Numbered from the stretch's first letter, positions 10,725-21,140 are shown. The stretch: DNA of 42,911 nucleotides from Octopus bimaculoides (GCF_001194135.2 NC_068997.1:50129195-50172105), one strand, 5' to 3'. Made by a program: numbers and translations. Notes: generated by a model not told the origin, from the sequence alone.

Positions 10725-10785
10725 ATTTCATAAAGAATTAGCTGGCTATATGAACTAATTCTCTTTTGAGAAGTATCTTTGGATA
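10725..10785 (-). CDS. Candidate 61-nt exon SKDTSQKRISSYSQLILYE (phase 1 to 2)
   Basis: Acceptor aatttccatacttcag|, donor AAT|GTGAGT. Only one frame is open, and its phases fit between exon 13103-13181 and the 2541 acceptor. Paralogous to 10938-11047. Confidence 0.3.
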
Positions 10786-10937
10786 CTGAAGTATGGAAAT
10801 TTTCAATTAGTCATACCATTATTTCATTCACTTAATATGAACTTCAAAAAGTTAGAGAGAAAATGAGAGAATGGTGGAATATGGAATTACATTTTGTTTA
10901 AGTAGTTGTCGTTATTAGATTGTTTTTAAAAACCCAC

Positions 10938-11047
10938 ACTTTAAAAAGTATTACATGGCTATCTAAACTAATTCCTTTTAAAGAAGTCTCTTTGATTACA
11001 GGAACATTTTCAATTGATCGTGCCATTATCTTATTTACTAATATACA
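10938..11047 (-). CDS. Candidate 110-nt exon CILVNKIMARSIENVPVIKETSLKGISLDSHVILFK (phase 0 to 2)
   Basis: Acceptor ctgtatctttttgaag|, donor AGT|GTGGGT, open frame. Tandem paralog of 10725-10841. Confidence 0.3.
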
Positions 11048-11818
11048 CTTCAAAAAGATACAGAATGGGATAACTAAAGACATGGTGATGTCAAAATCTT
11101 TCTTACATGGCTCTACACTTCTTTCTCCACTTTTCCCCTGCAGTTTCCTAACCTCCTACTCCTTCTTTCCCTCTCTCACATATTTAATTTACCTCTAACT
11201 CTTACTCTGTCTCTTCCTTTATCTATCCATCAGTCTCCATTTGTCTTAGTTTCTCCATCTCTCACTTTCCCTCATCATGCTCAATATCTCTTCCTTTCAC
11301 TCTGGCCATATAATTAATTATATTCAAAAGTTACAAGGAGAAAATAAATATCTAAATATCTTCAATGTATTATCAAACTGGTTATATATATATATTGACC
11401 AATTGCAGCCCATTTATTAGAAGCCATCTTGGACTTCCTGCACATCTCTGGTCATTCAAATTCTTACCAACCTGACAAGAACAGTTCTGCTTGGGGCTTT
11501 GAAACTTAAAGTAGCATGGAACTTGAATGAAACTGTTTTGAGTAACACATGTAAACTCTCAATAAATGTGTTCAGTGCTCTTTCTTTCATTTGTCCACTC
11601 GCTCATATTTCTACTTCCAGTCACTTTAGCAATGTAACTACACACGTACTGTTGGCAATTTCCTTTCCTTCTTTGAACTTTTCCTTTTCTCCTTTCCGAC
11701 AAAGAGCTATGCTCAAAACGCCAAGGTCTCTCCTTGCACCGAGTGTCAAGCTAATACATTTCTTGTGCACGTACTCATGTTCATTTTTTTTGTTTTTTTT
11801 TATTTGTTTATTTGAATT

Positions 11819-11869
<51 letters not shown>

Positions 11870-11873
<4 letters not shown>

Positions 11874-12090
11874 CGCAGGAGTGGCTGTGTGGTAAGTAGC
11901 TTGCTTACCAACCACATGGTTCCAGGTTCAGTCCCACTGTGTGGCACCTTGGGCAAGTGTCTTCTACTGTAGCCTCAGGCCGACCAAAGCCTTGCGGGTG
12001 GATTTGGTAAGCAGAAACTGAAAGAAGCCCGTCGTATATATATGTGTGTGTGTGTGTCTGTGTTTGTCCCCCCAACATCGCTTGACATCC
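11870..12090 (+). mobile_element. Long-type tRNA-derived SINE, 5' half, young
   Basis: GGCGCAGGAGTGGCTGTGTGGTAAGTAGCTTGCTTACCAACCACATGGTTCCAGGTTCAGTCCC head (A/B-box-like); CpGs retained. Confidence 0.9.
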
Positions 12091-12196
12091 AGCTACAGAA
12101 ACCATATCACAGAAGGCATTGGAGCTTGGCACAGTCCTCTTGCTTGTCGGTTCTATTTAAACCATCCAACCCATGTCAATATTGAGAAAAGGCATC

Positions 12197-12423
12197 AACA
12201 TCCTTTAGCATTTAAACCAGCCATATTCAGCTCAAATATTGAACCTGTTTTATGTTAAAACCTGCTGCCAGATCTGAACTCTCACACCTACAATGTCATT
12301 CTATAAAACAAACAATCACATTATTGAAGTCTTAAAGCAATGAGATAATGCATGTTTATTTCAAAACAATGTGAATAAATAAGCATTACATTTAACAGAA
12401 TAATCTGAATGCTAAAGGGTTAA
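12197..12423. mobile_element. piggyBac-type MITE (TTAA-CCCTTTAGCATT termini)
   Basis: Right end AATGCTAAAGGG|TTAA; left end degenerate CCTTTAGCATT. Same family at 3983 (TTAACCCTTTAGCATTTAAAC) and 25472. Confidence 0.7.
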
Positions 12424-13102
12424 GCAATGATAATGGTGGTGATGATGTTCCTTTGGATTCTAGTTTGAAATTTCCCTAGGGTCAACTTTGTTATCCTTCA
12501 TCCTTTCAGAGTTAATAAAAATCCAGTACCAGTTAAGATTAAACTTTGCCCTTTCCACAAAATATTAGAATCACATGCCTATGCTACAAATCCCTATTTT
12601 AGCCATTTTTTCTGTCTCTCTTATATTTCTGTCATTTGTTTACTGATCTCTATACTATTTCCATAGAGGGCAGTCTATATTTTTTTTAATAGATAATTAA
12701 ATAGATAGATAAATAGAAAGCTAAAGAATGAAGGAATGAAAGAAAGACGGAATGAAATAAACCAACCTGTCTAGTGAAATACAAGACTATCTGTTCCGAC
12801 GTCTAATCTCTAACCAAATCGTTCTCATCAGTATTTCACATCTGCTGCAAGTGAATCAAAGATCTTCGTAAAACTGTAATCAGTCAAGGGTGGAAAAAAT
12901 ATTGGGAAGAATCAATAAATAAACTATCAAACTTTAAATCTTCCATTACTGAGACCAAGTTTTAGTGAAGTATGAAATGTATCAGATATGGAAACTGTTA
13001 AAAACAACAAAAAAAAACAAAAGAGAAAAAAAAAAACGAAGATTTTGCTGGCTACGAATAGGCCATATTCGTTTAAACTACATTCCATCACGAACAGCTC
13101 AC

Positions 13103-13181
13103 ATGGACTTAGATTTATATTCTTGTAGACATTATCTGGAAAGTTTATGGCACTTCTTGTATCAATGCAAAAACCATCAAT
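13103..13181 (-). CDS. Candidate 79-nt coding exon IDGFCIDTRSAINFPDNVYKNINLSP (phase 0 to 1)
   Basis: Very long polypyrimidine tract ending gtcacag|, donor CCAT|GTGAGC. Only the phase-0 frame is open. No homolog recognised. Confidence 0.4.
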
Positions 13182-14152
13182 CTGTGACGGGGGTGGGGGT
13201 GAAGGTGGAATGAGAGAGAGGAAAGAAAAGAGAGAAAAATAGAAATAAAANNNNNNNNNNNNNNNNNNNNNNNNNNNNNNNNNNNNNNNNNNNNNNNNNN
13301 NNNNNNNNNNNNNNNNNNNNNNNNNNNNNNNNNNNNNNNNNNNNNNNNNNNNNNNNNNNNNNNNNNNNNNNNNNNNNNNNNNNNNNNNNNNNNNNNNNNN
13401 NNNNNNNNNNNNNNNNNNNNNNNNNNNNNNNNNNNNNNNNNNNNNNNNNNNNNNNNNNNNNNNNNNNNNNNNNNNNNNNNNNNNNNNNNNNNNNNNNNNN
13501 NNNNNNNNNNNNNNNNNNNNNNNNNNNNNNNNNNNNNNNNNNNNNNNNNNNNNNNNNNNNNNNNNNNNNNNNNNNNNNNNNNNNNNNNNNNNNNNNNNNN
13601 NNNNNNNNNNNNNNNNNNNNNNNNNNNNNNNNNNNNNNNNNNNNNNNNNNNNNNNNNNNNNNNNNNNNNNNNNNNNNNNNNNNNNNNNNNNNNNNNNNNN
13701 NNNNNNNNNNNNNNNNNNNNNNNNNNNNNNNNNNNNNNNNNNNNNNNNNNNNNNNNNNNNNNNNNNNNNNNNNNNNNNNNNNNNNNNNNNNNNNNNNNNN
13801 NNNNNNNNNNNNNNNNNNNNNNNNNNNNNNNNNNNNNNNNNNNNNNNNNNNNNNNNNNNNNNNNNNNNNNNNNNNNNNNNNNNNNNNNNNNNNNNNNNNN
13901 NNNNNNNNNNNNNNNNNNNNNNNNNNNNNNNNNNNNNNNNNNNNNNNNNNNNNNNNNNNNNNNNNNNNNNNNNNNNNNNNNNNNNNNNNNNNNNNNNNNN
14001 NNNNNNNNNNNNNNNNNNNNNNNNNNNNNNNNNNNNNNNNNNNNNNNNNNNNNNNNNNNNNNNNNNNNNNNNNNNNNNNNNNNNNNNNNNNNNNNNNNNN
14101 NNNNNNNNNNNNNNNNNNNNNNNNNNNNNNNNNNNNNNNNNNNNNNNNNNNN

Positions 14153-14189
<37 letters not shown>

Positions 14190-14402
14190 GCCTGGTGTTG
14201 CCATCCGGTTTCACCAGTCCTCAGTCAAATCGTCCAACCCATGCTAGCATGGAAAGCGGACGTTAAACGATGATGATGATGATATATATATATATACATA
14301 TTAACAATTAGTTGTCTACAAGTTGGGGGGAAAATAAACAATATGAGAAATAGCAAAACAGCACAGTTATATTTTAATATTTTTGAACAATATATTACTG
14401 GT

Positions 14403-14580
14403 TATGGCATGTAACAGGTCAGATCATTACTGGCAGTTTCATACCAAGTGTTGCACTTGGCAATATTGATGACCTTTCAAGCATGTTGGCTGGCCAGCAT
14501 GTTTGAAGATTTATCAATATTACCAAGTGAACAAGTCAGTGCAAAACCAATAATAACATTCTGATCAGGTATACGCCATA
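14403..14580. repeat. Fold-back (palindromic) element; core hairpin 14454-14529
   Basis: CACTTGGCAATATTGATGACCTTTCAAGCATGTTGGC pairs with GCCAGCATGTTTGAAGATTTATCAATATTACCAAGTG: 37 positions, 30 Watson-Crick, 4 G-U and 3 mismatches on the + strand. Outer arms TATGGC.. / ..GCCATA are more diverged. Confidence 0.85.
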
Positions 14581-14598
14581 GAAATACATTGCTCAACA

Positions 14599-14641
<43 letters not shown>

Positions 14642-14778
14642 AAGTATGGGGGTTTAGTTCACAGGTGATCTAAACGATTAGGTATGCTAGGTAAGTGCTG
14701 TAACAGATTACTGAGGCTCCAAGGTTATAGCCGAGATGGTAGTTATGGAGACATTGCAGATTTCCGATGCAGCGGATA

Positions 14779-14923
14779 TATAATTGTTAAACAGGACATC
14801 AAACACTAAGACAAGGCAAACATCTTAAGTCATATACGATAGTATTTCTTCCTATAAAAATATTGTATGTGACTTTAAATGCTTACCTTGCCTTAATGTT
14901 TGGCATCCTGTTTAACAATTATA
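14779..14923. repeat. Fold-back element with ~62-bp arms
   Basis: TAATTGTTAAACAGGACATCAAACACTAAGACAAGGCAAACATCTTAAGTCATATACGATA versus the reverse complement of 14861-14921: 11 substitutions, 10 of them transitions. Confidence 0.85.
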
Positions 14924-15363
14924 CATATTATATATATATATATNNNNNNNNNNNNNNNNNNNNNNNNNNNNNNNNNNNNNNNNNNNNNNNNNNNNNNNNN
15001 NNNNNNNNNNNNNNNNNNNNNNNNNNNNNNNNNNNNNNNNNNNNNNNNNNNNNNNNNNNNNNNNNNNNNNNNNNNNNNNNNNNNNNNNNNNNNNNNNNNN
15101 NNNNNNNNNNNNNNNNNNNNNNNNNNNNNNNNNNNNNNNNNNNNNNNNNNNNNNNNNNNNNNNNNNNNNNNNNNNNNNNNNNNNNNNNNNNNNNNNNNNN
15201 NNNNNNNNNNNNNNNNNNNNNNNNNNNNNNNNNNNNNNNNNNNNNNNNNNNNNNNNNNNNNNNNNNNNNNNNNNNNNNNNNNNNNNACTTCTCTGCAAGG
15301 TGAATATTTCAAAGATAATATCAAAACTTACGGTAAATAAATTATTCTTTATTAAACATAACC

Positions 15364-15667
15364 ATGAAGTAGTTGTATGCTGTCAACTTAATGTGACAAT
15401 CCCCTGAAGGGAATAATACTACTGTTGGTTAGACCTAGGAAGCTGCACCGCTTCCTGTCGGCCTTGACACATTTCCTGTGTCCTTATGTTTACAAGGGGG
15501 AGACAAGCACCTCCACCCAGCTAAACCTGCATCCAGAGACATGTTTCTGAGTCTTTGCTCGTCATCAGGCTGATAGGAAGCGGTGCAGCTTCCTAGCTCT
15601 AACCAACAGTAGTATTATTCCCTTCAGGGGACTGTCACATTAAGTTGACAGCATACAACTACTTCAT
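15364..15667. mobile_element. Inverted repeat with 101-bp arms (96% identical) and a 102-bp spacer; possibly Penelope-like-element derived
   Basis: Arms 15364-15464 and 15567-15667 differ at 4 positions. The spacer/arm junction carries CCTGATGA..GAAACATGTC on the minus strand, typical of PLE terminal repeats. The PLE assignment is inference. Confidence 0.7.
15531..15574 (-). ncRNA. Degenerate minimal type-I hammerhead ribozyme-like motif
   Basis: Minus strand ATCAGC-CTGATGA-CGAG-CAAAGA-CTCA-GAAA-CAT-GTC-TCTGGAT. It has the CUGANGA and GAAA cores, stem II GAG/CTC, palindromic ACATGT stem III and a GUC site, with closing-pair mismatches in stems I and II. Confidence 0.5.
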
Positions 15668-15789
15668 CGTATCATTACTGCATAAATCTCCCTGAGAGAT
15701 TTAGAAATGTATTCTTTATTAAGCATAGCTAGTCTAGAAACTTTTTGATACAATAACTGATTAGCTTAAATTTCTATTCCTTATATATG

Positions 15790-16258
15790 TCATATTACTT
15801 CCTGTTCTCAATGTATACCTTAATTTGTTACGTTCACTTCCTGTATGATTTGCATTTCCCAGTATATAAAGGTCACTTCCTGTCCCCAGTGCATGCCTTA
15901 ACGCTTGTTAGCTCCACTTCCTGTTCCCCTTATATTTCCCACAATACACCAAGTCACTTCCTGTTACCAGTGTATATAGCCGCAGTGTTCCAATTCCCAG
16001 TATGTATATATATATATATGTGTGTGTATGTGTGTGTGTGTGTTTGTGTATACACACACATGCACCTATACACACACACACACACACCCACCCATCATAA
16101 ACAGGTTAGTTCCTGTTCTCAGTACTTACAGCAGTAAGTAACCAGTGCATGCCTTAACTCTTGTTAGCTCCACTTCCTGTTCCACTTATATTTCCCACAA
16201 TACACCAAGTCACTTCCTGTTCACAGTGTATACACCCACACACATGCACGCACGCGCG

Positions 16259-16312
<54 letters not shown>

Positions 16313-16365
16313 ATAAACAGGTTAGTTCCTGCTCTCAATACTTACACCATTAAGTAACCAGTTCA
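15790..16365. repeat. ~40-bp-period minisatellite with ACTTCCTG core, plus a ~256-bp tandem duplication
   Basis: ACTTCCTG at 15797, 15836, 15875, 15916, 15956, 16172, 16212. The block starting CCAGTGCATGCCTTAAC occurs at 15886 and 16142. Confidence 0.85.
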
Positions 16366-18319
16366 TTCATGTTCTCAGCCAGCTAGAAAGTAAGTCTACA
16401 TAACACTTAGCTTCCCAGTAGTAACCTTTATATTTCACACTTTTCTCTTCAATGAGAATGTCAATAAAGTTAATTACTCATTGAGTGATAGTACTGTTTA
16501 TAAATAGACCCAACAGATATTGCAGACATTTGATATTTGATTCTGTATAAACATCACTGAGATCCAGTTCGTGAATTGTCAGTTTAATAACTTCAACACG
16601 TGTTTTAGTCAAGGGTTTGTTATTTCAGAAGATACAATGCCTTGGCTGTAATTATTTCTTTCCTGAACAAACAAAGGGCGAGAATGAATCGAAATGGAGC
16701 CAAGACAGGATTATGTGCAGTGAAAGTCAATCAAAGAGACAACTGTAGTATTGAGCTTCACTGTGGTATACCAACGAAGTGGCAATAGCAAATTAACCAA
16801 ACATAAGAGGGACAAACAATAAGGATATAGGTGCAAGTATGGTTTTGTGGTTAAGGAGTTTGGTATGTAATCATGAGATTTCTGGTTCAGTCCTGCTATG
16901 TGGTATCTTGGACAAGTATCTTTATACTATTAACCTAACTGAAACAATGCCTTGTAAGTGAAATTAGTAAATGGAAACTATGTGGAAGCCTAGCCATACC
17001 TGTTAGGTGCAGGAAGGGCAGTATGAGTAAGAAGTTTGCTTCCTAACTACTATGTGACACCAAGAGGAAGTGTCTTCTACTATAGCCCCAAGCCGACCAG
17101 AACCTTGTGAGTGGATTTGGTACATGGAAACTGAAAGACGCCTGTAGTGTGTGTGTGTGTGTAAGTGTGAGTGTGTGTATGTTTGTGCTTCTTTATCATA
17201 ATATTGCATGATAAGCATAAATGTTTGTCACTGCCACACAAGCTGTTCATTTCTAATCATTTAACGTCTTTTTTTCCATGCTGCGATATGTTCGATAGTT
17301 TGGCAAAAACAGACAACCCAAAGGGCTCCACCAGGTTCTATGTCTGCTTTGGCATAGTTTCTATGGCTGGATGCCCTTCCCAATGCCAAACACTTAACAG
17401 AGTGTACTTGGTGCCTTTTACATAGCACCAACTCTGGTGTGGTTACCATGAGCCCACAAGATAAGACCCCTTAACTGAGTTGGGTACAGACTGGAGGCAT
17501 AAGAAACTGTCTGTGAAAATATATCTGAAGGTGGGAAATATTACCTTGCTTGGAAACAGGGGGAGATGAGAGCTGGTGACAAGAAGGGGACCCACCCATA
17601 GAAAATTTGCCTCATAAACTCTGTGTGATCCATGAAAAAGGATGGAAAAGTGGATGTTAAAACAATGAGGATAATATGCATATGTACACACACACACACA
17701 CAGACCATCATTTTATGTCCACTTGACATGGTGAAAGGCAAAGTCAACCTCGATGGAATTTGAACTCAGAATGTAAAGACATTTCTGGATGAACACTGCA
17801 GTAACATGCCTGTCAACAATGTATATATACATTAAATATGAAACATAAATGGCTATTTCAATCTAATATTGCTTCAGTTGTAGATACATTATAAAAAGAA
17901 ACATTTAACCAATGTCTGCTGTGCAGTAGAATTATTATTCTAACACACAGCCAGGTCCTCTTCTCTAACAAATACAATGCATTTTCACCACACAATAGAT
18001 TCAAGTCTTTATTACCAATCAAAACCTCACCAATTTAAATGATGCTCTTTTGTGGTGGGGACACAAAAGACATTTTTACAAATAAAACTCAATCTATATC
18101 ACTGAGATAATGTTGTGTGTGATTTTGACACACTTGTGTTTTACCTTGACCTTGAATGATACTCTTACTTGCTGTCACCCTCACGTGATAACAAGACAAG
18201 CGTAAGTAGCTTTGTCAAGAATTAGAACAGCCCATGTGAGTGGACATGGTATATGAAAACTGAACGAAGCACATGGTACACACACACACACACACACACA
18301 CACACTCATCAGTTAATGT

Positions 18320-18550
18320 CTTATTTCTTTATTGCCCACAAGGGGCTAAACATAAAGGGGACAAACAAGGACAAAGGGATTAAGTCGATCACATCTACCC
18401 CAGTGCGTAATTGGTACTTATTTAATCGACCCCGAAAGGATGAAAGGCAAAGTTGACCTTGGTGGAATTTGAACTCAGAATGTAGCGGCAGACGAAATAC
18501 CGCTAAGCATTCCACCAGGTGTGCTAACATTTCTGCCAGCTCGCCACCTT
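18320..18550 (-). mobile_element. Nin/Deu-domain-like SINE, full length, young
   Basis: GGCGAGCTGGCAGAAATGTTAGCAC head, GAGTTCAAATTCC, CTTTGCCTTTCATCCTTTCGGGGTCGATTAAATAAGTACC core, GGGCAATAAAGAAATAAG tail. Confidence 0.9.
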
Positions 18551-18840
18551 CGTCTGCTTTCCATGCTGACATNNNNNNNNNNNNNNNNNNNNNNNNNNNN
18601 NNNNNNNNNNNNNNNNNNNNNNNNNNNNNNNNNNNNNNNNNNNNNNNNNNNNNNNNNNNNNNNNNNNNNNNNNNNNNNNNNNNNNNNNNNNNNNNNNNNN
18701 NNNNNNNNNNNNNNNNNNNNNNNNNNNNNNNNNNNNNNNNNNNNNNNNNNNNNNNNNNNNNNNNNNNNNNNNNNNNNNNNNNNNNNNNNNNNNNNNNNNN
18801 NNNNNNNNNNNNNNNNNATATATATATATATATATATAGA

Positions 18841-19048
18841 CAAGGGGGTGCTGAAAAGTTCCTGGCTTTAAGTGTATTGCAAAAGACCTGGTTGGAAGCC
18901 CAACCTTCCAAGTTCTTTTACAGGGCTTAGAAAAACTGAAGGACTGCTGCACAAGTCTAAGTGGAGAATATGATGCATAAAATCATAATTAACTGGTCCT
19001 ACTGTATTTTCTTTAACCCAAAGCTAGGAACCTTTCAGCACTCCCTTG
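18841..19048 (+). mobile_element. Mariner-derived MITE (208 bp) retaining a transposase C-terminal remnant
   Basis: TIRs CAAGGGGGTGCTGAAAAGTTCCTGGCTTT / CAAGGGAGTGCTGAAAGGTTCCTAGCTTT. Internal GLEKLKDCC..GEY-like remnant. Lies in (TA)n. Confidence 0.75.
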
Positions 19049-19131
19049 CATATATACACACACAAACGACAGACGAAATGCCGCTAAGCATATTTTGCCT
19101 GGTGCGCTAAAGATTCTGCCAGTTCACTACC

Positions 19132-19166
<35 letters not shown>

Positions 19167-19194
19167 TAAAAATAATAATAATAATAATAATAAT

Positions 19195-19546
19195 GAGCAC
19201 TCAGAGAGCTTAAACCTCTGCCAAAGCAACACCAATGTCCTCTCAACGATTAGCCAGAGATGATTTTTTTAAATGAGAATATCTGAAATAAACTCAACTG
19301 CTCTCACAAACAAGAATATGAAAAATGAACCTGACTGCTCTCAAAAATTAAGTAAAAAAACAGGGAAAATAATCCAGAATCCTTGTCCAGTATTGGATCG
19401 ATCCCCAAATCTAATCAGTTCGTGCCAGTCACAAGGCCAAACATCCCTGAAAGTTTCATTGGAATCCATCCAGCAGTGCTTGAGATATCTTATTCACGGA
19501 CAAACAAACATGACTGAAAAAATACCTCCGCCTTTGCTAAGGCAGA

Positions 19547-19550
<4 letters not shown>
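19195..19550 (+). mobile_element. Non-autonomous Helentron/DINE-like element
   Basis: 5' subterminal CCTCTGCC has its complement in the 3' hairpin TACCTCCGCCTTTGCTAAGGCAGAGGTA (19523-19550). Inserted within (AAT)n. Family call is inference. Confidence 0.5.
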
Positions 19551-19583
<33 letters not shown>

Positions 19584-20017
19584 GTTTCAAATTTTGCCTC
19601 AAGGGCAGCCATTTTGTGGGGAGAGGATAAGTCGATTACATCAACGCCATCCCCAGAAAGTAGCAAGCCAAAAGAAATATCCCCCAAAGCCTTTTTTTTT
19701 GCAACACTCAAACGATTCTCCCACGCAGTAATGACATTATTATCATTAACAACAACAATAACAACAACAACACTGAAGATGAAGTAATGTCCCTGGTTCT
19801 GCTTATAGCCAAAGTTATTTTCAGCAACCATAGAAGAACGAGAGAAATGCATTTAGGAAATTAAATGAGTTTTCCTGTAGATATATTCCTGTAAAATCTG
19901 AATGTATCTTAACAAATTCCAATTTCCAATATGCTAATGGAATTTCATTTTTAACTCATTATGAAAATCTTTATGCCAAGGAAAATAATAATGGTGATGT
20001 TAATAATGATAATAAAA

Positions 20018-20058
<41 letters not shown>

Positions 20059-20169
20059 TTCTTTTTATTAGGTGAGGGGGAACATCACAAGGACTATCTA
20101 CAATTTGTGTGGGGATTTAAATAAAAAATGAAGAGAAAGAAATGGAAAAGATGATGAAATGTGATAATA

Positions 20170-20480
20170 GTATACAAACGCAAGCATAGCTGGGTGGTAA
20201 GTAGCTTACTTACCAATCACATGGTTTTGAGTTCAGTTCCACTGCAGAGCACCTTGGACAAGTGTCTTCTACTATAGCCTCAGGCTGACCAAAGCCTTGT
20301 GACTGGATTTGGTAGGCGGAAACTGAAAGAAGCCCGTCATATGTGTGTATGTGTGTGTGTGTTTGTGCATCTGTACCCCCACCATCACTTGACAACCAAT
20401 GCTGGTGTGTTTACATTCGTGTAATTTAGCAGTTCAGCAAAAGAAACCGATAGAATAAGTACTAGGCTTACAAAGAATAA
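20170..20480 (+). mobile_element. Long-type tRNA-derived SINE
   Basis: Colinear with 11870-12090, and with the reverse complement of 28232-28620. Confidence 0.85.
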
Positions 20481-20869
20481 TCATATGGTTGGGAAGCAAG
20501 CTTCTTACCAAACAGCCATACCTGTGCCTATACTAGATTAATTATCTTCTTTTCTAATTTATTGCTGTCACCTTTGTAAAAATTATGTATAAACAATAAA
20601 AATGTTTAAGGACCAACTTACTTTTTTACACCAGGGTAATAGGGTGGATGTTAAAATAATGCACAGTTCTTTGTTGCCAAAAAGAACAAATAAAAAAAAT
20701 CAAAACAAAACATTTTTTCATCACGTAATTCTGGAAGAAAATATCTTCCAAATAACTCTGTGAAACATGACTATTCACAACAAAAACAACAGCAATAATG
20801 ATAATAATTATCATCATTATCATCATTATCATTATTATTAGTAGTAAATAAATAAATGAATCTAGTTAC

Positions 20870-20920
20870 CTGAAACTTATCCAAGCTAAATAGGTTACAA
20901 ATTCCTCGAGATATGAATTA
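20870..20920 (-). CDS. Candidate 51-nt symmetric exon NSYLEEFVTYLAWISF (phase 2 to 2)
   Basis: Acceptor cctgtttttttcttgcaaaattccatag|, donor CAG|GTAACT. Length is divisible by 3 and one frame is open. It is a unique island between microsatellites. Confidence 0.4.
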
Positions 20921-20984
20921 CTATGGAATTTTGCAAGAAAAAACAGGTATCTGAGAAAGGTATGTGTGTAAACATAGATGTATG

Positions 20985-21019
20985 TATGTATGTATGTATG
21001 TATGTATGAATAGATAGAC

Positions 21020-21051
<32 letters not shown>

Positions 21052-21140
21052 GAATGGATGGATGGATAGATAGATAGATAGATAGACAGACAGACAAGCA
21101 GGCAGGCAGGAAGACAGACAGATAGATGAAAGGATGGATG
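20985..21140. repeat. Compound tetranucleotide tract (TATG)n(GATA)n(GATG)n(GACA)n(GGCA)n
   Basis: Directly visible. Confidence 0.95.

Noticed and set aside
13189-13208. G-rich GGGGGTGGGGGTGAAGGTGG, possible G-quadruplex
   Set aside because: Only two long G-runs; adequately explained as the polypyrimidine tract of the minus-strand acceptor.
14887-14907. 21-nt minus-strand microexon with AAG|GTAAGC donor
   Set aside because: It lies inside one arm of the 14779-14923 fold-back and has a weak pyrimidine tract.
15287-15335. SLQGEYFKDN reading with plus-strand donor-like sites
   Set aside because: It resembles a mariner C-terminal remnant, and is truncated by a gap.
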